From the NCBI RefSeq assembly GCF_000143415.4, contig NW_003314351.1, positions 245,490 to 309,489 on the forward strand: DNA of 64,000 bases, read 5' to 3'. Source of the stretch: Selaginella moellendorffii. Lineage: Eukaryota > Plantae > Lycopodiophyta. The notes beneath the pieces are model-generated. The model did not search any database and was not told where the DNA came from. It worked only from the letters and a program-made list of their open reading frames with translations. This document shows, in pieces, positions 46,097 to 58,456 of the stretch. How positions within the stretch are numbered: position 1 is the first letter of the stretch; each line of letters begins with the position of its first letter. A program made the position numbers and the translations under genes.

Positions 46097-48365
46097 ATGG
46101 AGGTCGTGACGAAGATCGAATTCGCGGCGCTGGAGCCAAAGCTTTCGCCGGAGACGCTCCGGGTGTTAGAGCAGCAGCTTGGATTCTTGCGCGCGACGCC
46201 AGTCCAGGTCGCGACGATCCCCCTGCTGTGCAGCTTCAAGGATGTGGCCGTGGATGCCGCTACTGGATCCGGGAAAACGCTCGCGTTCGTGGTTCCTGTC
46301 GTGGAGATTCTCCGCCGCCTCGCGACGCCGTTGAGGAGGAATGAGGTACGCAGGGATTTCTTTGCTGGAGATTTTTACAAGAGAATGTGCAGGTGGGAGC
46401 GATGATAATCTCTCCAACGAGGGAATTGGCTTCTCAGATTTTCGGTGTCGCTCAAAAGTTTGTGAAAACGTTGGAAAATCTCACGGCATTGTTGCTCGTG
46501 GGTGGAACCGATGTCACAGCTGATCTGGAGAGAGTGAAAGAGCAAGGCGGGAATGTGCTCATTGGAACACCGGGACGACTTCATGATATCATGGAGCGAT
46601 CGACAGCTTTGGAGTTTCGGCATCTCGAGGCAAGAACTTCTGATCTAAGTTCTCTTGACACGATAACATCTCTTTTCATTGTTTCTTTCCAGATTTTGAT
46701 CCTCGATGAGGCTGACAGGCTTCTTGACATGGGCTTTCAGCGGCAAGTATCAGCCATCATAGAACTCTTGCCAAAGCAACGACGAACGGGACTTTTCTCC
46801 GCAACACAGACGCAGGCAGTGGAGGAGCTTTCAAAGGCCGGGTTAAGAAATCCTGTAAGAGTGGAGGTTCGCAGTGAAGTGAAAGGAGCGTCGACTACCT
46901 TTAAGACGCCTGCCGGTTTGAATATTGAGGTATGCTTTGGCTTTTATTGCTCTTGCGATTGTTCTTGCTTGTGTCGTTCAGTACCTGGAATGTGAAGGTG
47001 AGGAGAAATCTTCGCAGCTTGTCAACTTCTTGCGAGAGAATGCCTCCAGGAAAACTATTGTGTAAGTGATACAGGTTTATGCTTCTTGTATTTATTCTTT
47101 CCGACTGTTTTGTCTTTTGATAGATATTTCATGACCTGTGCTTCTGTCGATTACTGGGGCACTGTCCTTCCTCGGCTCAAGACTCTCAAGGATGTACCGA
47201 TAGTTGTACTGCATGGGAAAATGAAACAAGTATGTAAGTGTTACATTTTCTGTTCCTATTATTCTTCTCCTTACACTTGCGGAGCTGTTTTTCAGAGTGT
47301 CAGAGTAAAGGCTCTAGAAAAATTCACCGCTATGCCTGCGGGAGTGCTGTTTTGTACAGATGTGGCTGCTCGTGGACTGGACATACCTGGGGTGGATTGG
47401 ATCGTGCAGGTATTTGAAACCTTATAATGATATGTGGTTTTATAACATCGTTGTTCTTTCGCGTGACAGTATGATCCTCCCCAAGACCCAAACGTTTTCG
47501 TTCATAGGGTCGGCCGAACTGCCAGAATGGGAAGAGCGGGAGATGCTTTAGTTTTTCTTCTTCCAAAGGTGAAACGAGTTTTTGTGGTTTGTTTGTTTAT
47601 AATCTGGGGCCATTTCGCAGGAAGACGCTTACGCAGAGTTCCTTCGTATAAGAAACGTCCCGATAGAAAAGAGAGACAAAACTGAAGTGCCTCATATTAT
47701 ACCCAAGGTTTGCTTGACTTCGCAGAAGGACAAAGTCACTGTTTGTTGTTCTCGTTCTGCAGTTACGGGCCGCTGCTATGAAGGATAGGGACGTGATGGA
47801 GAAAGGACTCAAGGCATTTGTGTCCTACTTCCGAGCGTACAAAGAGCACCACTGCACTTTTATCTTCCAGTAAGAGTTGTCTGTTTGATTGATCAATGAC
47901 GAGAGTGAGCTGCAGATGGAAGCAACTGGAACTTGGCAAGATCGCCATGAGCTTCGGTCTATTGCAACTCCCTTCCATGCCAGAACTAAAGCGTGGTGTG
48001 CTCACGTCGCAGCATTTTACTCCTGTGGAGAACATTGACGTCGATTCCATTCCATATCGGTACGTGTTAGTACTCGCTTTGTTCCCATCGTGAACGTTTT
48101 CATTCTCAGAGAGAAAGCTCGGGAGAAGCAAAGGAGGAAAAACCTCGAGAAGAAACCAGATACGTCGAGAGAAGAAAGAAAAGCTCTGGCACCATCGAAG
48201 CACCAAAAGGATCGTCCCGCGAAGAGAGCAAAGAAGCGCTCGCACAGAGATAGAGAAGAACTGGAAGAGATTAACAGTGACTACAGGCTCTTGAAAAAAT
48301 TGAAGAAGGGATCTATCTCCGAGAAAGCATACTCGAAGCTGATGAGCTTGGAAGGCGATGTATGA
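46097..48365 (+). CDS. RH18: DEAD-box RNA helicase RH18/DDX55/Spb4, multi-exon
   Basis: TPVQ Q-motif, [42 protein letters not shown], and C-terminal [11 protein letters not shown]. Confidence 0.92.
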
Positions 48366-48450
48366 GAAAAATTCGTTGTGTCAATCAAAAAAATTTCACA
48401 AGGTTGGGTTTGTAAAGTTTTGATCCAATAAGATCAAGGGGTGGTTTGCA

Positions 48451-48486
48451 GCCGTTGGATCTTGAGCGTACGTGTTGACCGTTGGA
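48451..48486 (-). promoter_or_regulatory. Two MSA-like CCAACGG motifs upstream of RZ-1
   Basis: gccgttggat at 48451 and accgttggat at 48478, followed by aaccctag. Confidence 0.35.
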
Positions 48487-48645
48487 TTGGCTTTTGAGTC
48501 GGTTTCTCTAGTGAATAACCCTAGGGCCAGTCGCGCCGCGCAGCTCTCGTCCGGATCTACGCGCCCCACTTGTAAGTCTCTCGCCAGATCTGCCGTGGTT
48601 GAAGCTCGATCCCTCCCGCCGTTTCCTCTTGCGCAGATTCTCGCG

Positions 48646-49725
48646 ATGGCGGCGGCAGTCGATGAATTCCGGTGCTTCGTTGGGGGTTTGTCTTGGGCAA
48701 CCACTGATCGCAACCTGGAAGACGCATTCAGCCCCTATGGCACCGTTATTGAAGCCAAGGTTTTCAAGGAAACTTTGAAATGATCTCTGTGTGGCTGGCT
48801 CTCTCTTTGGATCCCGTCCGGTTTTGTTACGCTCTTGTTCTTGCTACTAGAGAGTTGCTATTGTTCTTCTTTTTACAGGCCCCAAACAGGTAGGATACTG
48901 AGACAGATGAAACCCTTGGCCTCCCCAATCTGTCCTCGTTCTTTCCACAAGAAAAACTTGGATGTCTGGATGGTTGCAAAAGGATTTTTTGCTCAGTCTT
49001 CTTGCAAGCTTCTTTCTTTCTTTTTTTTCATTTCCTGCTTGCTTGATTTGCCTGTGTGATGCTACTAACGCAGCTTTGATGTTTTGTTTTTCGTAGAGCT
49101 CGTAGCTAGTTTTTGTTCGCTCGATTTGCAGAGGTTCTAACTTTTGGAACTCTTTTTTCTTGCTTTGTAGGTGGTGCTTGACAGGGACACTGAAAGATCT
49201 CGCGGCTTTGGCTTCGTCACCTTTGGCGACGAGAACTCCATGCAAGACGCGATTGATGGCATGCACGGCAAAGATCTGGACGGCCGCTCCATCACTGTGA
49301 GTAAAGCCCAGCCAAAGTCTGGCGGCGGAGGAGGCGGTGGCGGTGGCCGAGACCGCGATGGAGGCCGAGATGGGGGCCGAGATGGCGGAGGCTATGGAAG
49401 AAGAAGCGGCAGTGGCGGCGGCGGCGGCGGCGGGGGTGGCGGCGGTGGCGGCAACGGTGGCTGCTTTAAGTGTGGCGAGAGTGGCCACTGGGCGAGAGAC
49501 TGTACCAGCGGCGGTGGCGGCGGCGGCGGTGACAAGTATGGTGGAAGCCGAGGCGGTGACCGAGGCGGAAGCGGACGCTACGGTGGTGGGAGTGACCGTG
49601 GTAACGGGGGGTATAATAGACCCCGTGATGGCGGTGGCCGGAGCAGGTCTGGACCGTACGATCGCCCCGCTGGCGGGGGTCGATCCAACGGTGGGAGCCG
49701 CGGCTCTTACGACGATGGGTATTAA
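48646..49725 (+). CDS. RZ-1: Glycine-rich RNA-binding protein RZ-1 (RRM + CCHC knuckle), exons 48646-48759 and 49171-49725
   Basis: RNP2 CFVGGL, RNP1 [22 protein letters not shown], Gly/RD repeats, RSGPYDR. Confidence 0.93.
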
Positions 49726-49946
49726 GTGGTGTTTGTGTGAAAGGAGGTGTGGTTCTACTTGTATGTTCCCTCTTTTAGCTTGGAAGTAAGCTACTCTGCA
49801 AGACAAATTTTCTTTTATAACTAGAGAGTATAGTCGTTTCGATTATTCTCTTTTCGAATCTTGTAGGGCTTGACAGGATATTCTCTTTTATAGATCAGAA
49901 TATGCTCTAATCATTTAGGGTTCCTGATAAAAATGCGGTAAGCAGC

Positions 49947-52112
49947 ATGGCGGAAATCCTCGATCCCTCGGTGAATCCCATCGCCAGGGCGAAGCGGGAG
50001 AATCTAGGGAAGAAGAATGGCGCTATCACGGAGCTCATTGCGGCGTTGAAATCATGCAGCAGCTCCAGGGATCTGGAGAGCGGGAGGAGAATCCACGCCC
50101 GAGCGGTGGAGGCAGGGAGCGATGGGAATCTCTTCGTGGCCAACACGCTGATCGATATGTATGCCAAGGCTGGGAGCATGCCGGATGCGCGATCGGTGTT
50201 TGACACGATGAAGCAGCGAAGCCTTGTGTCTTGGAACACCATTGTTTTGGGGTATGCCCAGTGTGGCGAGGGCGAGCTAGCGCTGGAGCTCTTCGAGGCA
50301 ATGCAGGGACAGGGATTTCTTCCAGATTCGTGTAGCATGGTGGCGGCGCTGAGAGCTTGTACGAGCTTGGCCGAGCAAGAACAGTGGCGGAGGAAGCAGC
50401 TTCCAAAGAAAATGGACAAAGAGATGGTTTTTCGGGAGGAGCGTGCTCTAGAGAAGGCCCTGGCTCTACACGCTCTTGCAGCGAAGAGAGGACACGAATC
50501 CAACCTCTTTGTGGCGAGCTCGCTGGTGAATCTCTACTGCAAAGTTGGCAAAGTCGACGAGGCAGTGAAAGTTTTCAACCGGATGAAGAAGAGATCAGTG
50601 GTGACTTGGAACTCGATCATCATCGGGTGTGCTCAGAACGGGGAGGGCGAGCTCGCCATGAGATTGTTTTCGAGGATGCGAGAAGAGGAGAGTATGATCT
50701 CGCCAGACTCTTGGACTTTCGTCGCTGCTCTTGAGGCTTGCATTGGCCTGGCGGAGAAAGAAGAAGGTACACGCGTAAATGGAGAGCTTGTGAAGATGGA
50801 GAGCCTGGAAAAAGGAATGGAGATTCACTCCCAGGCTCGAGAGACGGGTCATACAGCGGATATGTTCGTGGCCAACACTTTGATCGACATGTACTCGAAG
50901 TGTGGAAGGATTGTGGAGGCACTGGCGGTGTTTGACAAGATGAAAACTCGCGATTTAGTCTCGTGGAACATCATGCTACTGTCGCTGGCTCAGAATGGAC
51001 GAGAACGCCTGGCCTTGACGCTCTTCCAGCTGATGCAACACGGAGATGGAAGGCCGATGGAACCGGACTCTCGAACTTACGTCGCGGCTCTCAAAGCTTG
51101 CAGCTCTCTGGCTGCTCGAGAAACACCATCGCAGATTGGAGGTGAGCTTCTCAAAGTTGTGAGTTTGGAGATAGGATTTGCTCTTCACTCACAGGTGCTA
51201 AGGTCCGTTTACAGGAAGGACGTATTCATAGCCAACACGCTGCTGGATCTGTATTGCAAGTGTGGATTACTCGTCGAAGCTCGTCGGGTCTTCGATGGTA
51301 TGATCCAACGAAGCGTGGTCTCGTGGAACACACTGATCCTCGGACACGCACAGAGCGCTCAAGGAGAAGCTAGAGTCGCTCTGGAGCTCCTGGAACAGAT
51401 GAAAGGTAGCGGGATTGAGCCGGACGCTCTAACTTACGTCGCGGCTCTCAAGGCCTGTGGGAATCTAGCAGCTCTCTCGACCGGCAGGAAGATCCACAGC
51501 GAAGTAGCGAGCAGTCCCAGGATTGATCTGGCCAGGGACACGGTTCTAGCAACAGCAGTAGTCGATTTCTACGGGAAGTGTGGGAGCATGGTGGAAGCTC
51601 AAGCAGTGTTTGATTCGATCCAGAGGAAAGATTCGGTGGCTTGGGGAGCTCTAGTCGCGGGGTTTAGCCAGCAGGGTGACACTCAAGGGGTGTTCCAGGT
51701 GGGGGAGAGGATGAAAAGAGAGCGCGTAGCGATCGATGGGATCGTCTTCCTTCACGTCTTGACGGCGTGCAGTCACGCTGGATTGGTGGAGAGAGGAATG
51801 GAGTTCTTCCAGATGATGATCTCCGAGGATCACAGGGTGGTTCCCAGCGTGGAGCACTACACTTGCGTGGTGGATCTTCTAGCTCGAGCAAACCATCTGG
51901 AAGAGGCGGTGGCGATGGTGAAGAGCATGCCTTTCGAGCCGGACTTGACAGTGTGGACATCGATCATGAACGCGTCGAGGAAGTGGAGGAACTTGGAGAT
52001 TGGGAAGCTGGCGTTTGAGGCGATGCTGCGGCTGGACGCTAGAGATCCAGGAGCGTACGCGCTCATGGCCAACACTTTCTCCGAGTCAAAGGTGGTCAGC
52101 GTCGTTGACTGA
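49947..52112 (+). CDS. PLS-class PPR protein with E domain, intronless
   Basis: PLS repeats; EHYTCVVDLLARA...MPFEPD...W...YALMAN; no DYW domain. Confidence 0.94.
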   Translation: MAEILDPSVNPIARAKRENLGKKNGAITELIAALKSCSSSRDLESGRRIHARAVEAGSDGNLFVANTLIDMYAKAGSMPDARSVFDTMKQRSLVSWNTIVLGYAQCGEGELALELFEAMQGQGFLPDSCSMVAALRACTSLAEQEQWRRKQLPKKMDKEMVFREERALEKALALHALAAKRGHESNLFVASSLVNLYCKVGKVDEAVKVFNRMKKRSVVTWNSIIIGCAQNGEGELAMRLFSRMREEESMISPDSWTFVAALEACIGLAEKEEGTRVNGELVKMESLEKGMEIHSQARETGHTADMFVANTLIDMYSKCGRIVEALAVFDKMKTRDLVSWNIMLLSLAQNGRERLALTLFQLMQHGDGRPMEPDSRTYVAALKACSSLAARETPSQIGGELLKVVSLEIGFALHSQVLRSVYRKDVFIANTLLDLYCKCGLLVEARRVFDGMIQRSVVSWNTLILGHAQSAQGEARVALELLEQMKGSGIEPDALTYVAALKACGNLAALSTGRKIHSEVASSPRIDLARDTVLATAVVDFYGKCGSMVEAQAVFDSIQRKDSVAWGALVAGFSQQGDTQGVFQVGERMKRERVAIDGIVFLHVLTACSHAGLVERGMEFFQMMISEDHRVVPSVEHYTCVVDLLARANHLEEAVAMVKSMPFEPDLTVWTSIMNASRKWRNLEIGKLAFEAMLRLDARDPGAYALMANTFSESKVVSVVD

Positions 52113-52180
52113 TCTGGTCAAAGTTAAGATTAGGGTTCTTGGGCAAACAACGAGATTTTTGGTTTAGGGTTCTTGGGGCA

Positions 52181-52670
52181 ATGGCGGACGAGGAGCCGGC
52201 TCGCGCGCCCGATTCCAAGGACAGGCAGCAGCAATCCAAGGCGCTAGACAAGATTACCGATCATGTGGAGGAGAGGCAGCTGGATTCTACTCGTGTTCAA
52301 CAGGTGAGTGGATTTTTTTCTTCGAAATCTAGCAAAAGTCGACTGTTTTCTAGGCTATGGCTTCGATTGCGGCGACGTCTGATGCCGATAGAGACATCCA
52401 GAGATTAAGGTGCTGTGTTTCTCTTGCCTGGTTCTTTCTCTTCTAAGTGTTTTTTTGCATTTTAGGGAGAAAGAACTCGCAGCTGTGAAGATAGATCCAG
52501 CGCACATTGACGTTATCGCGAATGAGCTCGAGGTATTCTTGGCGAAGTTCTTCCAAATATCTCCTCCTCACTCTTGCAAATTCTTCCAGATTGATAGGAA
52601 GATCGCCGAGAGAACGCTGCGAGAGCACAAGGGAGACGCAGTAGCAGCACTTCGATCGTTCCTCACTTGA
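52181..52670 (+). CDS. HYPK: Huntingtin-interacting protein K homolog, 4 exons
   Basis: KALDKITDHVEERQLD; REKELAAVKI; IANELE-IDRKIAERTLREHKGDAVAAL (UBA-like). Confidence 0.9.
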
Positions 52671-53036
52671 TAGACTTAAAATATAAAAAAATACTACCCT
52701 AAACGAAGACACTGTTGCCCTTTGGCACATTTTTCTTTTTTAAGGGCTTGGCGACTAGCTGCTGCTAGGGTTTGTGTTTTAGGGCTTTAATAATGTAAGG
52801 ACGAGTTCGTTCCATCGTCGAGAGTGATCCACCCCGGCACGCCAAGCTCTCGCTAGGTCATCTCGAGCGCATCGATATTTCCTCCCTCCCGCGACGATTC
52901 CATTCACTCCAGCGCGACGATCAAAGCTCGCAACTATCTTCCAGGTATAAGGCTGCAATCTCCGGGCCGGCATCGTCTCCGCGGGGCAGGGTTTAGTGGA
53001 ATAGATCTTTGCAGGAGCTCGCCAGGGTGATAATCC

Positions 53037-56000
53037 ATGGGGGATGGCGCTACAGTCACCACCGCCGTCGATAGCTGCCTTTGCAACTATTCAAACTTCG
53101 ATGACGAGCAAGTGATTGCGGCATCCGCGACGATTTCCAAGAATGTGGAGGAGGATTTGGCCGGGGATGGGATTCTGGCCAAGGAATTCCTGCTGGGAGA
53201 GGTGAAGAGGAGCGAGAGCGATGGGGATTTGCTAGGCTGCGTGCTGAGCTCCCAGGAAGAACTTGCAAAGGACTTGGCCGGGAAAGAAATTTTGGAGGAG
53301 GATGAACAGGGCAGCCCGGGTTGTGGAAAAAGTTTAACTGGGGTCGTGAGTACAAGTGGGGACGGTGGACGTAAGGCAAGACCTAAGGGATGGAGTAAGA
53401 AAAAGGGTGTTTCCGCGACTACCACGAGCATTATAGGCATAAGTGAGATGCAAGAGCCGACCATGACGCAGGAAGGTGGAATAGCTCTTTGGGTCAAGGT
53501 GCGTAAATTTCGATTCTTTAGTTCCTTCTTCTCAAAGTTCGTTCTTTTTCTTGGTGGGTATGTTGATTCTTTGAGTTCCTTTCATGCATTCGAGGCATCT
53601 TATAGAAGCTAGCATTCGTGCAAGGTCCTGGATCTAGTGCCTAGGGTAATGGATTTAAATCTCGCGATCATTAGTTGACTTGGCCCTGCATGAGTTCTTG
53701 GTGCATGCTTTTTGGGGCTTTCAAAAATGGATGATTTTGGTTCTTGTTCTAGAGTTGGAATTTCGCCTGGCAGTAAATTGTTGAGTCTCTGAGCTTTTTT
53801 TCTCTTTCTCCTTTTACAGTGGCGAGGGAAATGGCGAGCTTGTATACAGTGCTACCCAAGCGATTGCTCGTCCGCGACGGTGAGAGCCATGCCTACGTAC
53901 AGCAAGAAGACATATGTGGTGGTGTTCTTTCCGAATTCTCGAACGTACTCTTGGGTGGACCTTGAGTATGCTTGCCATATCACGGAGAGTCCCGAGCCGC
54001 TCGCCTTTGGAACACATCAAAGCGGTAGAGATGCGGTGGAAAATCTCGACCTTCCAAAGCACCACATGCTCCGTGTCTTGGCCGCCAACATGCTTGACAT
54101 CAGCGACCGCCTGCCCATTAAGGTTTTTCCTGAATAGTTTTTTGGTTTGGTTTCCCAACAGTGGTAATTTTGCAGGCAGTCGTAGATAGCGCTCAGAATG
54201 TCAACGCGTGGAAGACTTTTGCGAACCAGGCCGTGGAATCTAAAGAGTATTCAGACGTTAGCAAAATGCTTGTCAAGCTTTTCGGGGTGCGTAACGTAAC
54301 GTTTTGAAAAAGGTGTGCTGCTTATGTCTTAAGGTAATTGCAGATGATCCAGCTAACGTGCTATAACGAGACATGGCTTCAAGAAAGCTTTAACAGGTGG
54401 AAGAATGACTGTGAAGTTGCTAAGAGTGCACAAACCGTTGAACATCTTAACAAGGTCAATAACGTGTGTAATACTTTCGGAACTTTAAATCTCGGTTTTC
54501 TTTTCTGTTTTGCAGGAGCTGGTAAACGCTGTTCTATGGGAAACTGTCCATGCGCTTTGGGATGCACCAGAACAGTCCGCTGTTGGAACAGAATGGAAAG
54601 ATTGGAAGCGAGCAGTGATCGAAAACAGAAGCGTCTATCCGAGCATCTCGATGACGCCAGACTCGTCGCTGTTTGCGGATTCCGAGACTCTTAAGCGCCG
54701 GAGGTTGAGTTCGGACGCAGCGAACGTGGAGCTGGCTCTAAAGAGGTCGAAGCTAGATGTTCGCCGAAGATACCCAACGCAACTTATTCCCGTCTCAACC
54801 CCAGTGAAAAAGGAAGACGAAGTGAACGGCTACACTGCCGACAACCAACAGAGGCCCAAAGCACCATCCGCTGAAGTACTTACGTCGACACCAGCATCGG
54901 TACCGAAATCCGAGGATGACGACCTGTCTGGCCGCTCGAGCTCGCTGATAAATCAGTCTACAGCGCCTATCAGTAAGAGGCTCAGCTCGAACTACCAGCT
55001 TTGTGCTGCGTATATGGAGAAGAAGAAAAGGCAGTGCACCCGGTTTCCAAGCCAAGGCTCTCTGTACTGCTGCAAGCATATGAGTTTGGCTTTTGGGGAC
55101 GGCATAGAAGGCGTGAAAAAACTGGAGTATACACCACCACCACCGCCGCCGCCGCCGCCCAAAGCCGTCGCAGCTACACCGAAGTCTTCGACAACGATTA
55201 TTCCGAAAATGCCGGGTGATAAGATATGCGAAGGGATCACGAAGTATGGGAGGCGCTGCACGCACAGAGCCAAAGAAGATTCATTGTTTTGCAAGAAGCA
55301 CAGTTTTGCGGACGCACCTCATTTAAATCCGCAGTTGGTAACCGCTGAAAGCTCCCAGAGGGCGACCGAAGAAAACGTGGAACCAGAACCTCAGCAGCAC
55401 GAATTCAAGGAGGAAGCAGAAACAGATGCGAAAACACAACAAGAGCCTCCGACTGGCGAAGACGTTAGAGAAGAAAGCAGTCCCAGGAGAAGAAAGGTGA
55501 CGGCTTCTATAGAGCGAGCGAGAAACTATAGTTGGCATCTCAAGCGGATGGGAAGAATAATTAGAAACAACGGGCCTGCAGCGACGCGGGTTCGCTGCCT
55601 TGGGAGGTGCGTAAATGGCGATCAGTGCTCTCACAAATCAAGACCGGGAAGTTTCTACTGTGAGAAGCATCAGCCGGATAGCAACTCGCAGCAAGAAGAT
55701 GCGGCTCCGTCTGAAGTGAAGAAGCTGGACGAAGCACAAACTGTGCTTAAAGCAAAAAGCTGGCTCAGCAGGTATATGGAAAGTGCGAAAATGGAAGGAG
55801 CCAGTACCAGTGACACTACCGACTCGGCTGACAAGCTACTGGATTGGGTGCTTGCTGAAGCCTCCAAGGATATCCATGCTGCCACGGCACTGATGAAGCT
55901 AGTAAACCAGCGGAAGGACAAGCTCGGGAGGTTCTTGAAGCTTCAAGAGCGTGCGGAGGCATCGAAACCAACTCCAGAAGGGGCCGCGGAGGTTGAAGGC

Positions 56001-58408
56001 AAATGTCCAGAGCAGCTATCGGGTGACCACGCCGAGCAAAAGCAGCAAGAAAAGATAAAGTGCAGCATCTGTGACGACGAGTTTGCGGAGATGGTGGAGC
56101 TCGGCAACCACTGGAAGGCTTCTCATGAGACAGAGGCACACTGGTTCTTGAAAGGCTATGCCTGCAAGGAATGCAACAAGGAGTTTACGAACAAGTCGAG
56201 CCTGGAGAGACACTGTAAGGCCGATCATGAAGCCTTGACGGACGTTCCCGCCGTTCACATCTGTATCAACTGTGACGAGCAGTTTCCACACTTCGAGGCT
56301 CTGTGGGATCACGTGGTGTCGGGACATTCGGATCATCTCAGTGCAATGCCAACACTCGCTCTACCAGCTGAGGATCCTGCGGAAGACACGAAGATGCCGG
56401 ACGACGATCTTGTCACTGCAGAAGAACCATTCCCGGTACTTTCAGATGACAACCAGCAAGATTCTCTGGACGACGAAGACTTCATGGACATTCCTAGCTC
56501 GGACTACTCGGCTGACGAGATGGAAGCACTCGAGTACCTCGATGGGAACTGCTACTCTGTAGACAACGACGGCTCGGAGCACAAGTACACCTGCAAGCTG
56601 TGCGGGAAAAAATTCCGTGCGCTACCAGACTTGGGCCGGCATCATCAAGCAGTACACATGTCCTCACACGTTGGGACAATCTCGAAATCGAGAACGGGCG
56701 TGACTCAAGGCAACCGTAGTAACCGGAGGCGTGGAAAACTCAGCCAGCATGGGATGAACTCCATTCTTCGCATCAAGAAGGCACTGCACAGCGTGCAGCA
56801 ACAGAAGAGCGAGAGATCGGAAGCTGGACGTGGGGCTGCTGCCAAGCTGCCTGGACCTCCTGGAGATGATGAAATTCTAGCTGCTGCTCGGTCTGCATGC
56901 TGCGAGGCACGGTTCTACCGCACTCTGGAAGAACAGTACGACTCAGTCCCCAAGGGAACGCACGCAAACGCTGTGAAACTGGCTGCCCCGCAGGAGATTG
57001 AGTGGGCTCGAGATGGTTTCACTTGTCCTCAAAACTGTACCGTTAGAGCTCCAGAGCGCACCTCGGAAATGAGGCTGCATGTTTTCCGGAAGGGTGCCGT
57101 TGCTGCGTCGGCCAGGAAAAAGAGTGTGGTTCTTTGCGAAGACATAAGCTTCGGGAAAGAGCGTGTACCGGTTCCTTGTGTGGAGGACGAAGAGACCGAT
57201 CCCTGCAACTGCTTGCAGTGTAGGGAGGGAAAGTCGTACCACGTCGACTCTCTAAAACCGTGGGAGACTTTCAGCTACGTCACAGATCGTTTGCTTGATC
57301 CGTCTTTGGGACTTGATACGAAGGTTTGTTTATATTGGTTCTCAAGTTCTAATTTCTCGGTTTTCTGTTTTTTGTCTTTGTAACTTCCAGGATTCGCAAA
57401 TCGGCTGTTCTTGCGGACGGGGTCGATGCTCAGCAAGGTCGTGCGATCACGTGGAAATGTTTGATAGTGATTACGCAGATGCATGTGACATATGGGGAGA
57501 AGAAATGCTTCGGAGGTTTCCATACGATGGAGAAGGCCGCATCGTTCTTCAAGTAAGCGTCATTATTCTACCTAGTAGGATAGCTCATTCGTATCTTGTT
57601 TTGCAGGAGGGTTACCTCGTTTACGAGTGCAATACGAGTTGTATGTGCTCCGAGGAGTGTCCGAATCGTGTTCTTCAGAGAGGTGTAAACGTTAAACTGG
57701 AGGTTTTCAAGACGAGGCACAAGGTATTATTTGTTTTCCTCGGTGAAGATGGATTAACTAAGTGCCTGTGTTGTCAAAGGGATGGGCTGTGAGGGCCGCT
57801 CAAAACATCTCCCGTGGAACGTTTGTTTGCGAGTACCTTGGTGAAGTACTGAACGACCAAGAAGCAAATCGGCGAGGGGAAAGGTGATTTTCTTGCAGAT
57901 CTGGATTCCGGATTTCGTCTTACACTTTGATTGGACAGATACGATCAAGTTGGTTGTAGCTATCTGTACGACATTGATGTGCACTTAAACACCGGAGGGA
58001 GATCTCGAAGGGGACCAAGCAGAGTTCCAAGAATAAAACCGTTTGTTATAGATGCAACAAAGCATGGAAACGTTGCGAGGTTTATAAACCACAGGTACTG
58101 TGACGGCAATATCGTGGATGCGTTGCTGATTGAATGCTGGCTTTACGCAGTTGTTCCCCGAACCTTGTAAACTATCAGGTGTTAGTGGAGAGCATGGACT
58201 ATCAACTCGCGCACATTGGATTATTTGCTAGCCGTGATGTAAGTACCGAGCCATGGGTGACAAACGGACCTCCACTAAGTTTTTTTTTTGTTTCTCGCAG
58301 ATTCTTTGCGGAGAAGAACTATCTTACGACTACAGGTACAAGTTATTACCAGGGAGGGGTTGCCCGTGCCACTGTGGATCGTCTGGATGCCGAGGAAGGT
58401 TGTATTAG
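53037..58408 (+). CDS. SUVR5: SUVR5-type histone H3K9 methyltransferase (zinc fingers + pre-SET/SET/post-SET)
   Basis: ALWVK-WRGKW N-domain, three C-C-C-H motifs, C2H2 fingers ([12 protein letters not shown]), [40 protein letters not shown]. Confidence 0.93.
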
Positions 58409-58456
58409 TGTTGTAAATATTCACAGAGACCAAAAGAGAAAAGCCTTTTTGAAACT

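Noticed and set aside
48847-49806. 319-aa Ala/Thr-rich minus-strand ORF
   Set aside because: Antisense reading of the GGC-rich RZ-1 exon.
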